Positions 18,059-26,781 of a stretch of DNA of 64,000 bases are shown piece after piece. The stretch lies in IMG/VR virus record IMGVR_UViG_3300032163_000002, positions 77,028-141,027 of that record, one strand, 5' to 3'. The notes under the pieces are model-generated. The model saw nothing but the letters and a program-made list of their open reading frames with translations. It searched no databases and had not been told where the DNA came from. Within the stretch, counting starts at the first letter, position 1. The number at the start of each line of letters is the position of its first letter. Position numbers and translations under genes: made by a program. The DNA comes from a virus.

Positions 18059-19007
18059 GAAATTCTCCCGGAATTTCTTTATAGATTTTTCCGATCACGC
18101 CTGTCTTCATATCTCCAACAAGACTCGGGGGCCAATAAAAAGTTCCGATTGCATGCCCGAGCAATGGGCGTTCGGACAAATATGTTTTGAAGTGTCCCCG
18201 CCGCAAATGCACCCCGATTAAAACTTTTTGCTGTGTCGCGCGGCGGATCTCGTCTTCAGAAAGAATTCGCTGTGTGCCGGGCACTCTAATTCGCAAAGTG
18301 TGATAACGAAGATACAGAAGACCACCACGGCGCACATGTTTCTTCGACAACTTCTCCGGAGGATTGATCTCCTCCGGCAAAACATTTCGACAGGATAAAA
18401 GCCCCTGAAAAAATAAAGCGACGTGACAAGAAGCGGGCACAGAGATATCCCCGAGACGTATATCCGTATCCGGCACGGTTAAATCATCGAGCTGAGAAAC
18501 GAATTCTCCTCGATAAGTGTAAGCTGTACGTAAAACCCGTCCATCCTTTTCAAGCACAGCAATCATTGTCACAGTCGGCTGAATGACAATATTCCCCGCT
18601 TCAATAAACGGAACTAGTACCTGAATCCACCGTGCCCCGGCTATAAAATGCTGCCATAAAACGACACCTGCCGGGTCAAGGAACTCAGGACACATAAAGT
18701 GGTCAGGTGTAATTTGCTGCTGGTCAAACGTCACAATAGCCACAGCAGAGCATGCACCTTTCTCGTGCCATTCATACCACACATTTTGATACGGCGGAGC
18801 AGCAGGTGGAATATCATAGATAGAAGTTTGAGCGATAACGGGAAACGTCTGTAACCCGTGGGCATGCTGAAAATGTTCAAGCGCAAGTGGAAATACGGAC
18901 GTACATTCGAAACTCTGGAATAACCCTCTCGGTGCAGACGGAAAAGTGCCAAACGGTATGACAACTTCAGTCATCCGGTCAAGAAGGAGCGTTCGGTAGC
19001 TGCTCAC
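18051..19007 (-). CDS. Hypothetical phage protein with C-terminal HLRRGH motif
   Basis: GTGA-coupled start at 19007 (track start 19166). Confidence 0.65.
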   Translation of the reverse strand: MSSYRTLLLDRMTEVVIPFGTFPSAPRGLFQSFECTSVFPLALEHFQHAHGLQTFPVIAQTSIYDIPPAAPPYQNVWYEWHEKGACSAVAIVTFDQQQITPDHFMCPEFLDPAGVVLWQHFIAGARWIQVLVPFIEAGNIVIQPTVTMIAVLEKDGRVLRTAYTYRGEFVSQLDDLTVPDTDIRLGDISVPASCHVALFFQGLLSCRNVLPEEINPPEKLSKKHVRRGGLLYLRYHTLRIRVPGTQRILSEDEIRRATQQKVLIGVHLRRGHFKTYLSERPLLGHAIGTFYWPPSLVGDMKTGVIGKIYKEIPGEFHG

Positions 19008-19591
19008 CGAAAATCTTCCTTCCACGCGCTTATCCAACCACCGCAAGCAAGGAAAGGACGAAACACGCGCTTTAGCTTCCGAATTTCCACGAGGTTGTCC
19101 ACACAGATGCTCGACCAAATATCGAAGTAGATCGTGTCGTAGCGCGTGCCTCGCTTTGGACGCCACTTAAAAATGTCGGCCACGACAACACGCATACCCA
19201 GCGGAAGCGAGGGGTTCACGAGCGTCACAACATCAGGATATTTCTCGACAACTGTGATCTCGGTGACGTTCTTTTTCTTGGCGAGCGCATGCAAGACAAG
19301 CCCGATACCGAGCCTGGCGACCAGAACTCGACCATGCGCCTCTTCCACGATTTCACGGTTCGTCCGCTTCTCCATCTGTGTGTCGCTCATCACAAGCTCA
19401 CCATTCACCTTGAGCATGACGTAGCGACCCAGCGACACTAAAGCATCGCGCCTCCCGTGGATCATGGTGTGCAGATTAGCGAACCGCACGTCCTGCTCCG
19501 AAAGAGTGAAATGCGTCACCTCAGCGACCCCAGCCTTGCCCGGAGGCAGGAGTGTCGTCATGGTCTTCGGGAAACCTGCGGAAGCGTCCAT
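19004..19591 (-). CDS. Class I SAM-dependent methyltransferase-fold protein (spermidine-synthase-like)
   Basis: VMSDT..E, VLVARLGIG, ITVVE, VVADIF, YDTIYFDIW; leaderless ATG 19591. Confidence 0.75.
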   Translation of the reverse strand: MDASAGFPKTMTTLLPPGKAGVAEVTHFTLSEQDVRFANLHTMIHGRRDALVSLGRYVMLKVNGELVMSDTQMEKRTNREIVEEAHGRVLVARLGIGLVLHALAKKKNVTEITVVEKYPDVVTLVNPSLPLGMRVVVADIFKWRPKRGTRYDTIYFDIWSSICVDNLVEIRKLKRVFRPFLACGGWISAWKEDFR

Positions 19592-19598
19592 AAGGGAT

Positions 19599-19627
19599 AA
19601 CTTACACCCGTAAGAGAAGAATGTCAA
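19599..19627 (-). promoter_or_regulatory. Early promoter TTGACA-17-TAAGTT with CTTAC-N4-GTAAG palindrome
   Basis: Conserved copy; ATG 8 nt after the -10 element. Confidence 0.85.
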
Positions 19628-19630
19628 GAG

Positions 19631-20203
19631 CTATTTCGCTATACCCCTGTCATCTTTTATCGACCCCTCTGGCGGAAACTCCACCGCTCGTGCCCGACGA
19701 GCCTCGATTAACAGTGCCCTCACATCGGCCCGTGCCTGTGCAGGATAGGCAACGAAACGCCTCTCAATCTCCAAGAGGATTTCCTCGCTCATCCTCCCGC
19801 TCGCGGGTAAAGGCGGGACGGAAGAAACGCAGGGATACCCAGCAAGCCGCTCTCCGACACGAGGCTCCAGTGGGGAGGCAGATTCGCGCCACTCCATCAA
19901 AGCTTTATTGTCGTCCGACACCACCCGCCATGCTCCACGCGGTTTTACAGGCGAGGATGAGGAGGAAGGAGCTGGCTTATTCATTTTGAAAACAAGTTCT
20001 GCCATGTTGCATAAAGCGTTCAGCTCTGGCAGCCCAATCGTAGTGCAGTTGTTTTTTTCGTCACGTCCTATTTTTCTGATGCAGTCAATTTGCTCCTGTG
20101 TTAAAACTGCCTTGAAAATAGGACGGGTACATATACAACCCGGCTCCAAGCAACCAAGTCCAGTATGAGTGGTATGAATACAGTAAGAACACAATTCGAT
20201 CAT
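19631..20203 (-). CDS. Hypothetical protein (N-terminal Cys/His cluster)
   Basis: GGAG SD; tiles with neighbouring genes. Confidence 0.6.
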   Translation of the reverse strand: MIELCSYCIHTTHTGLGCLEPGCICTRPIFKAVLTQEQIDCIRKIGRDEKNNCTTIGLPELNALCNMAELVFKMNKPAPSSSSSPVKPRGAWRVVSDDNKALMEWRESASPLEPRVGERLAGYPCVSSVPPLPASGRMSEEILLEIERRFVAYPAQARADVRALLIEARRARAVEFPPEGSIKDDRGIAK

Positions 20204-20206
20204 TTT

Positions 20207-20461
20207 TCACTCCAAGAATTTCTCGAATGCCTTTTCGAGTTTTGCAAAGCCTGTATGGTCATACAACCGCTGCATCATTACCGACTGGCACGGCATTTCC
20301 ATGTGCGCCAAATAAAACCAGTGCTGACGTTGAGCGGTATCCTCGGGAGCATTCGAAAAGAAAAACATCCAAGAATCGTTCTTTTCCTTGTTGGAAATCA
20401 AATTCTTTGCTGTGTGCAGAATGATTGCAGCGGCCATACGGCGATAAGGAAGATCGTTCAT
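20207..20461 (-). CDS. Hypothetical protein
   Basis: GAGGA SD, ATGA coupling. Confidence 0.6.
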   Translation of the reverse strand: MNDLPYRRMAAAIILHTAKNLISNKEKNDSWMFFFSNAPEDTAQRQHWFYLAHMEMPCQSVMMQRLYDHTGFAKLEKAFEKFLE

Positions 20462-20778
20462 GGTTTTTCCTCAACATAAGGCCAAACAGGAGGAGCAGGC
20501 AAAGGCATCCACGCACGTACTTTCCGACCTGTGTTTCCGAAAAGAGAACCTTCTGAGCGCCAGTAACCGGAATAAAACACAGTCTTACCATCTTTCTTTT
20601 GATTTTTTGGGGGTTTTTCAAAAGTGTCAATGAAAATGGAATGCTCATCCCACACTAAAAAGCAACCGCCGTAATGTTGATAACTTCCTTTTTCAAATGT
20701 CACTTTCAAATCTGGCAAATCTGGCTGCCGTACAGAAGCATCAATCCAACCAAGATCCGATTCTCGGTCAACCATCAT
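20458..20778 (-). CDS. DUF551/Eaa-like phage protein
   Basis: WIDASVRQPD ... VRAWMPLPAPP signature. Confidence 0.65.
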   Translation of the reverse strand: MMVDRESDLGWIDASVRQPDLPDLKVTFEKGSYQHYGGCFLVWDEHSIFIDTFEKPPKNQKKDGKTVFYSGYWRSEGSLFGNTGRKVRAWMPLPAPPVWPYVEEKP

Positions 20779-21095
20779 TGAGAAACGACCTCCTCACCAA
20801 GCTCATCATCGAAAATCAGTTCTCCAAGCCCTTCAATTTTTCCATACCACACCGGACTACGAAGATTCAAGGATGCCTCCGATACAGTCTGCCGCAAGGC
20901 AAACATGATACACGCAGGGTTTCTTACTTGTGCTCCCCAAGATCCACCGAAAACTTTGGTATCCCGATCTTCGATCTCAATGGCAATAGGCATGAAGGGA
21001 GTGGGAACACCCATTCGATATTTGCTGGTGAAATAAGGGTTCACAGGAGACTTCAAATAGAATGTCTTACCACAACGGTCAATCTTTCGTCGCAT
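20775..21095 (-). CDS. Hypothetical protein
   Basis: GGAGG SD; coupled to neighbouring genes. Confidence 0.6.
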   Translation of the reverse strand: MRRKIDRCGKTFYLKSPVNPYFTSKYRMGVPTPFMPIAIEIEDRDTKVFGGSWGAQVRNPACIMFALRQTVSEASLNLRSPVWYGKIEGLGELIFDDELGEEVVSQ

Positions 21096-21342
21096 CGGGG
21101 GCCTCCGTCTTCACGGCAGCCGCCTCCAGTTGGGCGGCCTGTTTCAAGAGTCGTCGCCTCCGGATCGGATGCCACCACGGTACGCCGAGCGCCATCGCGC
21201 GACAAACTGCCGCGATTTGGATGCCAAACTCTTTAACAGTGATTGGATAAAGGCCCCCTTCAGCATCTTCTTCTAGAACACGGTCGATGTGATCTGCCAG
21301 CCCTTCAATTCGGCGCTTAGTCATCTCGTCAATTTCGCTCAT
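21079..21342 (-). CDS. Hypothetical protein
   Basis: Likely start MSEIDE at 21342 (track start 21444). Confidence 0.55.
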   Translation of the reverse strand: MSEIDEMTKRRIEGLADHIDRVLEEDAEGGLYPITVKEFGIQIAAVCRAMALGVPWWHPIRRRRLLKQAAQLEAAAVKTEAPDATKD

Positions 21343-21625
21343 CTCTTCTCTTTTTTTGCAACTCTCGTCGCGTCGCGCGAGATAGCGGTTGGGCGGGCGC
21401 TTCCCCCGCCGAGGGCTCAACCACCCTACTTTCATTCCGGTCATCGGTGTTGCTCAACAATGACTCTCCGGGCGTCTCTATTCGGAGCTTACGGCGTCGC
21501 TGGACCCTCTTGTTGATGTCTTCTCGGGAATCCCTGTGCGGCGAGTCTGTCGCCACTCGCAACCGCATAATCATTTCGTCGCCCGGCGCGTCATGTTTTT
21601 CTCGGACTTCCTCTTCGTTTTTCAT
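21329..21625 (-). CDS. Hypothetical charged protein
   Basis: TAATG coupling with the upstream gene. Confidence 0.5.
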   Translation of the reverse strand: MKNEEEVREKHDAPGDEMIMRLRVATDSPHRDSREDINKRVQRRRKLRIETPGESLLSNTDDRNESRVVEPSAGEAPAQPLSRATRRELQKKRRDERN

Positions 21626-21855
21626 TAGCAGTCCAGCACGATGTGAACGAAACCCTTACGTAACCGTGACTGCCCACAACGTATGCGCTGTCGGAGTCTC
21701 ATGTCTTCAGACACCCTCCAGCCCATCGAAGTGCCAGAAGGCTGAATGGAGTCAGCGAAAGCCTTCACCTGTTCGTTCGTCCAGTCAGAAGGGACGCAGA
21801 CCTGTATGGCCAGAGGACGAGCTTGAATCAGCGTAGGCTTCGGCTTCGAGTCCAT
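21625..21855 (-). CDS. Hypothetical protein (leaderless)
   Basis: ATG 21855, 8 nt downstream of the promoter -10 element. Confidence 0.6.
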   Translation of the reverse strand: MDSKPKPTLIQARPLAIQVCVPSDWTNEQVKAFADSIQPSGTSMGWRVSEDMRLRQRIRCGQSRLRKGFVHIVLDC

Positions 21856-21862
21856 GCCCGAT

Positions 21863-21891
21863 AACTTACATCCGTAAGAAGCGAATGTCAA
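21863..21891 (-). promoter_or_regulatory. Early promoter TTGACA-17-TAAGTT with CTTAC-N4-GTAAG palindrome
   Basis: Conserved copy. Confidence 0.85.
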
Positions 21892-21963
21892 GGACTTTTT
21901 CGCTATGCTTTGAAAAAAATAGAACCGAAGTTGAAATTTACACCTAGCAGAGTTTCATATTTT

Positions 21964-22014
21964 TTTACACTTCACTTTTCTTTACACTTCACTTTTCTTT
22001 ACACTTCACTTTTT
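21964..22014. repeat. Three tandem 17-bp direct repeats TTTACACTTCACTTTTC (iteron-like)
   Basis: Read directly; lies in an AT-rich non-coding region. Confidence 0.92.
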
Positions 22015-22350
22015 CTATTCTTCAAAAAGATAGAATTTGTTGACCGACAGTGATTTATGCGGAGCGAAGCGAAGCCTAACCACGTAAGGGGGGAGATTCC
22101 CAAGTGCGAAGCACGAAGGGATTCGGGGGGAATACGCCTGCCAGAATGGCGTGTCAAGTACTATCTTTCGACAGCATCTAAGTAGTATAAAACACAATGA
22201 TTTAGACGTGTATCGAAAAGTTACACATTGATCACACCCCCTGTTTTCTTACGGCAAAAACGCTTCTTTGCAGCCCCCGACCGCATGTAATGCATGATGG
22301 CTAAGTGCTTGTTTGCCGTACCATCGCTTTTAAGCCGATTCGCTCTCCAA

Positions 22351-22384
22351 AGGCCCTAACTGCAAAGCTTTACAGTCAGGGCCT
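22351..22384 (-). terminator. Long hairpin, putative terminator of the 22402-22776 gene
   Basis: Minus strand AGGCCCTGACTGTAAAGCTTTGCAGTTAGGGCCT followed by a short T run. Confidence 0.5.
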
Positions 22385-22401
22385 CTCAACCTTTCATGGC
22401 C

Positions 22402-22776
22402 TCAGTCCGCCGGGGAAGCGCCGCGCACCTCCAACTTGGCGAACTCGATGATCTTGGAGTACTTTGCGATCTGTTCCGGGGTCAGAAGACTCTTGTCGAT
22501 GTCCGTCCGCTTCGACGGAATGGCCTGCACAACACCTTCCGGGGTCGTGAAGCTGGACACATCCGCCTCGATGAGAGCAGTCCCCAGCCGGGCAACGAGG
22601 GCCTTCTCCTTGTCTTCGAGCTGATGTTTGAGACTCCGGACCTCGACCAGCTCCTTGATGTTTTCGGTCACATCCTTTCGGACAGTCTGCTTGAAGCCGC
22701 CTTTCTTCGCAGCTTCCAGTAGTGCAGCCTTATCCAGCGTAGGGGTGGCCTCGGTAACGTGTTTCTGGCTCGACAT
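22402..22776 (-). CDS. Hypothetical early protein
   Basis: AGGAGG SD, own promoter and downstream hairpin. Confidence 0.75.
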   Translation of the reverse strand: MSSQKHVTEATPTLDKAALLEAAKKGGFKQTVRKDVTENIKELVEVRSLKHQLEDKEKALVARLGTALIEADVSSFTTPEGVVQAIPSKRTDIDKSLLTPEQIAKYSKIIEFAKLEVRGASPAD

Positions 22777-22807
22777 AGTCTGGTTCCTCCTTTTCCTTTC
22801 AATCTAT

Positions 22808-22836
22808 AACTTACATCTGTAAGATCGAAAAGTCAA
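22808..22836 (-). promoter_or_regulatory. Early promoter TTGACT-17-TAAGTT with CTTACA-GA-TGTAAG palindrome
   Basis: Conserved copy. Confidence 0.85.
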
Positions 22837-22863
22837 GGGAAATCTTATGCCAGAAACAACCTC

Positions 22864-22893
22864 TTGACATCGGAGGAGTTAACCAGATAAGGT
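22864..22893 (+). promoter_or_regulatory. Divergent promoter TTGACA-18-TAAGGT for the packaging genes; leaderless GTG at 22900
   Basis: The -10 element ends 7 nt before the GTG start. Confidence 0.6.
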
Positions 22894-22899
22894 ATTACC

Positions 22900-23559
22900 G
22901 TGGCATCCTTCCTGCCTCCGGACGAAGACGAAGAGGAGCTGCTTGAGGCCGACATCGACTTAGAAGAATTTCGTGTCAACACCCAGCATACGATTTATGA
23001 CCTGATTCTTCGGTGGGTGCAGGAGGCGAGCGCATCCGTTAGAAGTCTGGCGGAAGCCCGAGAGACTCTCATGGACGCCACGGTATACGGAGACTACCGT
23101 TCAATCAAACTCGCAGCAGATAGCCTCGGAAAAACTTTGGAAGCAGCTATTGAGCAGCTTCTTGCCATTGCCGGACAATTTGATTCTCCGCTTCAAATTA
23201 AATCTGCTCTCGCCGAACGTGAAAGTGGTGAGAAAAAATCGAGCCCCATTGTGGATGCTTTGTTCAAGCTCGATGGAACGGCACGAGAACATCTACGTGT
23301 TGCTTTTCTGACCCTTCTGCGTGACGCTCAAAAATTACAAGATCCTGTCACCGTAACAGTGCTACCAGAACCGGAGAAACTTGGTGAACAAAGTACATCC
23401 GTCACTGACAGCGCTACCGCTGCTCCTGACAAAAAGGTTAACCGACGCACAAGCCGAAGCGTTAGAAACAGGCTGCGAATCCTACGCAAAAAGTCCTCAG
23501 TTAAACGTAGTACTCCATTATATTTACGGACTCTTCGTAAACTGTCAAAGCGACGCTGA
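22900..23559 (+). CDS. Putative terminase small subunit (positional call)
   Basis: Helical protein directly upstream of and overlapping TerL; basic C-terminus. Confidence 0.5.
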   Translation: MASFLPPDEDEEELLEADIDLEEFRVNTQHTIYDLILRWVQEASASVRSLAEARETLMDATVYGDYRSIKLAADSLGKTLEAAIEQLLAIAGQFDSPLQIKSALAERESGEKKSSPIVDALFKLDGTAREHLRVAFLTLLRDAQKLQDPVTVTVLPEPEKLGEQSTSVTDSATAAPDKKVNRRTSRSVRNRLRILRKKSSVKRSTPLYLRTLRKLSKRR

Positions 23560-26500
23560 ATTTCTACTTTTACAACAAGTTCTCATGGAATTTGTGGTTC
23601 ACCACAACATTGAAGGACTAGTACGACTTTGGAAAGATGAATTCATTGACGGTGTTCCACCTGTAGACGCTAGTAAATTTCTCGAAGATCCTTACTTTCT
23701 AGGTGAATTTGGAAAATCCCTTTATCCTGTATGGAAAAAAGACCTTCTTTACGTTCTCAATCCAATCAATAACATTGAAGAGTGGGCTCTTGTAGGCGCG
23801 CAAGGTTCTGGAAAATCGACCGCGGCCCTCGTTGGGCAGACCTATAAACTCTATTGGCTGTCTCGGCTGAAAAACCCGCAAAAATACTTCTTTCTCGACC
23901 CGACCACAAACATCTATTTCGGGTTCTTTACGTTGAATAGGGAAAAAGCCGAAGATATCCTTTACAGTAAATTTCATGCCATCTTGGAACAATCCAGCTA
24001 TTTCAAGGATCGGTTCCCGATGCGCAAACGCCGTGTTGGCGGAATCAAGGTCTCGAAGAATATACAAGATCAGACAACGGAAGGCTCTGACTGGAATTAC
24101 GAATTGCTTTTTCCAAAAGGTGTACACATCGTTTCAGGATCGCAAACCTCCCACGCCCTTTCCATTGATCTGATGAGCGTCGTACTTGACGAAATGAACT
24201 GGCGGCGAAAAAAAACTCTTCGCCCTGAAGAAGACATAAACTCTGCTCTCACACTTTATGAGCAAGTTCGTACACGTATCTCCTCGCGCTTCATGACACA
24301 AGGTGTAAAACCGGGACTCTTGACTGTCATCTCTTCAAAACGCGCCACGACAGACTTCATGGATTCACTTGTGGCTCGAATGAAAAAGGAGCCATATCGT
24401 TGTTATATTTCAGATTATGCTCTATGGGAAGCCAAACCAGACAGAATTTATTCAGGGAAAAAATTCTACGTCTTCGTCGGGGGCTCTCAAACCAAGAGCC
24501 ATATCATCGACGACACACATCTCCATGAGTACGATGTATCCCTGAAAAATGTTTACGCTATTCCCGTCGAATACCGTGCTGAATTTGACATGAGCTTGAC
24601 CACAGCTCTACACGACATCGCAGGTATTTCAACTGTACCTCATGAACTTCTTTTTGATAAAGAAGAACATTTAACGCAATGCATTGACCTAACCCGAACT
24701 TCTCCTTTTACACAAGATGTCATTGAACTTGGCCTTTCCTCTCCTTACTCCCTCAACAAATTTTTCAAGCAAGCCGAATTCACTCACCACGACGGTTTCA
24801 AACTCAAGCCGAAATACTGGCCGGAGTCAGAAAGGTACATTCATATAGACCTTTCAAAGACAAAAAACGCCACAGGAATAACAATGCTATGTCCGTACAA
24901 AGTCGGACGAATGGTTATACCCGTTCCCGGAGGATCACCGGTCGTTACTCTTGTTCCGCTTGTCTGGATTGATCTCATGATGCGTCTCGTGGCTCCAAAG
25001 GAAGATCAAATTGATTATGACAAAATCAGAGAGTTCGTTCAATATCTTCGGAATTGCGGATTCCGTATCGTAAATGTTTCCTACGATACTTACCAATGCT
25101 TAGCCGCTGGAACACTCGTGAACACATCCAGAGGACTTATTCCCATTGAAAAAGCAAAAATTGGAGACCTCGTCGCCTCTAGAATAGGTCCGCGTCCAGT
25201 ACAGAAAACATGGTCATTCGGTGAACACAGCACAATTAAAATCACCATGAAAGATGGAGACACTCTCGAAGGTACAGAAAAGCATTGTATTGAAGTTCGT
25301 ACAGCATGGGCGCAGGGGAAAGATAGGCGCGTAGTCTCTAAATGGAAATGGAAACGTCTGGATGAAATCAAATTAGGAGATGTGGTTCATCTCGTGGAAG
25401 AAGCCGTACCATTAAACACAAGAAAAAATACAATACTGTGCGGCAGTAAACTCAACTTCGGATGGAGACGCGGTGCTGGTAGAAAAAGCAAAGCGGACAC
25501 TTGGGAATTTCCAAAACGAATGACGCCTGAACTAGCAGAAGTACTAGGGCTTTTGTGGGGGGATGGAAATATCTCTGAAGACAGCTTGCGCCTTACAGTT
25601 ACTCCAAATGAAGCTCCTAATGCCCGTCGTGTATTCCGTGCATTATTCGGGTTCTCTCCAAAATACAGAGCGCGTAAATCTACCCACGGTGTCATATCCG
25701 TTTCTGGTAGATGGATAACAAGATGGATGAAAAAGAACGGGTTACTGAAGCCTCTGATTCCGGAAGCCATTCTCACAAGCAGTCGAGAAGTTCAGGCCGC
25801 ATTTATTCAAGGTTTATTCGCAACCGATGGCTCTGTTAATAAAAACACAGGGCAGGTGAGTTTTTCCACCAAGCATCTCAAGCTGGCCGAGCAAGTAATG
25901 ATCCTTCTCCGCACAGAATTCGGCCTCGCCTGTCATCTAACAAAAATACAGCGCGGGCATAAAGGGGATTACCTACAAGAAGGCATTCAGTATGTTGTTT
26001 TAGTTCGAGGAAGTCGCAACGCATTCATCAGTCAGATCGGGTTCAGTTACACTAAAAAAACCCGCGATCTAGCTCTGCACAACAACAGACCGGGACGTAG
26101 AATTTTTTCTCGCATCGCTAAAATTGAATCTTCCAGAGCAAGAGTATTCGACCTTCAGGTAGAAGGCGATCCGTCTTATACGGCTAATGGCTTCGTGTCA
26201 CATAACAGTGCTGATAGTATTCAGTTGCTCTCAAAAATGGGCTTCAACACATCAAATATTTCTGTAGAAGCCGACCTTCCTTATCTCAATCTACGCACAG
26301 CATTTGCACAAAAGCGCATTAACTGGTATCGGTACGATCCGGCTATCGAAGAATTAAAAGCCCTGATTCACGATCTTGAAAAAGACAATGTTGATCATCC
26401 AGACATGGACCCTTTCGGAGGTCCGGGAAGAAAAGACATAGCTGATTCCATTTGTGGTGCCTATACAGCGTTAGCACGAGCTATCGCAACGAAAAAAGTC

Positions 26501-26746
26501 AGCACTGCCAGTCCAACAGCCATTAATCTCGGACAGATCCGCCCGAAAGAACCGGCTGTTGTAGACGCAAGTGTGGTTGAATTTTTCAGGGGAGTTATAC
26601 CTGTAGTTCCAGATTCCGTAACTGGTCATCGAACAGACCGCTTTATCACGGAAGACTATCAGGAATACCCAAAGAATGCCACGATAGAAGAAGTGTTGAA
26701 GGAGGAAAAAGAAGATGAGAAAAAAGAAATACTTAAGCCCGGATGA
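23384..26746 (+). CDS. terL: Terminase large subunit, intein-containing
   Basis: Walker A GAQGSGKS, Walker B VVLDE, ISS motif, nuclease HIDLS, YDTYQ/S, VDHP, KDIADS; GGAG SD before GTG 23384. Confidence 0.9.
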   Translation: MNKVHPSLTALPLLLTKRLTDAQAEALETGCESYAKSPQLNVVLHYIYGLFVNCQSDAEFLLLQQVLMEFVVHHNIEGLVRLWKDEFIDGVPPVDASKFLEDPYFLGEFGKSLYPVWKKDLLYVLNPINNIEEWALVGAQGSGKSTAALVGQTYKLYWLSRLKNPQKYFFLDPTTNIYFGFFTLNREKAEDILYSKFHAILEQSSYFKDRFPMRKRRVGGIKVSKNIQDQTTEGSDWNYELLFPKGVHIVSGSQTSHALSIDLMSVVLDEMNWRRKKTLRPEEDINSALTLYEQVRTRISSRFMTQGVKPGLLTVISSKRATTDFMDSLVARMKKEPYRCYISDYALWEAKPDRIYSGKKFYVFVGGSQTKSHIIDDTHLHEYDVSLKNVYAIPVEYRAEFDMSLTTALHDIAGISTVPHELLFDKEEHLTQCIDLTRTSPFTQDVIELGLSSPYSLNKFFKQAEFTHHDGFKLKPKYWPESERYIHIDLSKTKNATGITMLCPYKVGRMVIPVPGGSPVVTLVPLVWIDLMMRLVAPKEDQIDYDKIREFVQYLRNCGFRIVNVSYDTYQCLAAGTLVNTSRGLIPIEKAKIGDLVASRIGPRPVQKTWSFGEHSTIKITMKDGDTLEGTEKHCIEVRTAWAQGKDRRVVSKWKWKRLDEIKLGDVVHLVEEAVPLNTRKNTILCGSKLNFGWRRGAGRKSKADTWEFPKRMTPELAEVLGLLWGDGNISEDSLRLTVTPNEAPNARRVFRALFGFSPKYRARKSTHGVISVSGRWITRWMKKNGLLKPLIPEAILTSSREVQAAFIQGLFATDGSVNKNTGQVSFSTKHLKLAEQVMILLRTEFGLACHLTKIQRGHKGDYLQEGIQYVVLVRGSRNAFISQIGFSYTKKTRDLALHNNRPGRRIFSRIAKIESSRARVFDLQVEGDPSYTANGFVSHNSADSIQLLSKMGFNTSNISVEADLPYLNLRTAFAQKRINWYRYDPAIEELKALIHDLEKDNVDHPDMDPFGGPGRKDIADSICGAYTALARAIATKKVSTASPTAINLGQIRPKEPAVVDASVVEFFRGVIPVVPDSVTGHRTDRFITEDYQEYPKNATIEEVLKEEKEDEKKEILKPG
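25097..26206 (+). mobile_element. Intein (370 aa) with LAGLIDADG endonuclease in the TerL nuclease domain
   Basis: YQ|CLAAGTLV...LEGTEKH...LGLLWGDG...FIQGLFATDG...VFDLQV...ANGFVSHN|S. Confidence 0.93.
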
Positions 26747-26753
26747 AAAAAGG

Positions 26754-26759
26754 ACTATC
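26754..26759 (+). promoter_or_regulatory. ACTATC putative late-promoter element upstream of portal
   Basis: The same hexamer precedes six late-gene RBSs. Confidence 0.55.
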
Positions 26760-26781
26760 CTATTGAGGAGAACTTCATCAC

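Noticed and set aside
19592-21891. Shared N-terminal peptide MTF.SYGCKLS in track ORFs 19004..19627 and 21625..21891
   Set aside because: Artefact of translating the conserved promoter (TTG of the -35 element); the real starts are the ATGs at 19591 and 21855.
21964-22014. Direct repeats as a CRISPR array
   Set aside because: The repeats are contiguous with no spacers, and no cas genes are present. The 9-, 105- and 135-bp repeats are coding tandem repeats.
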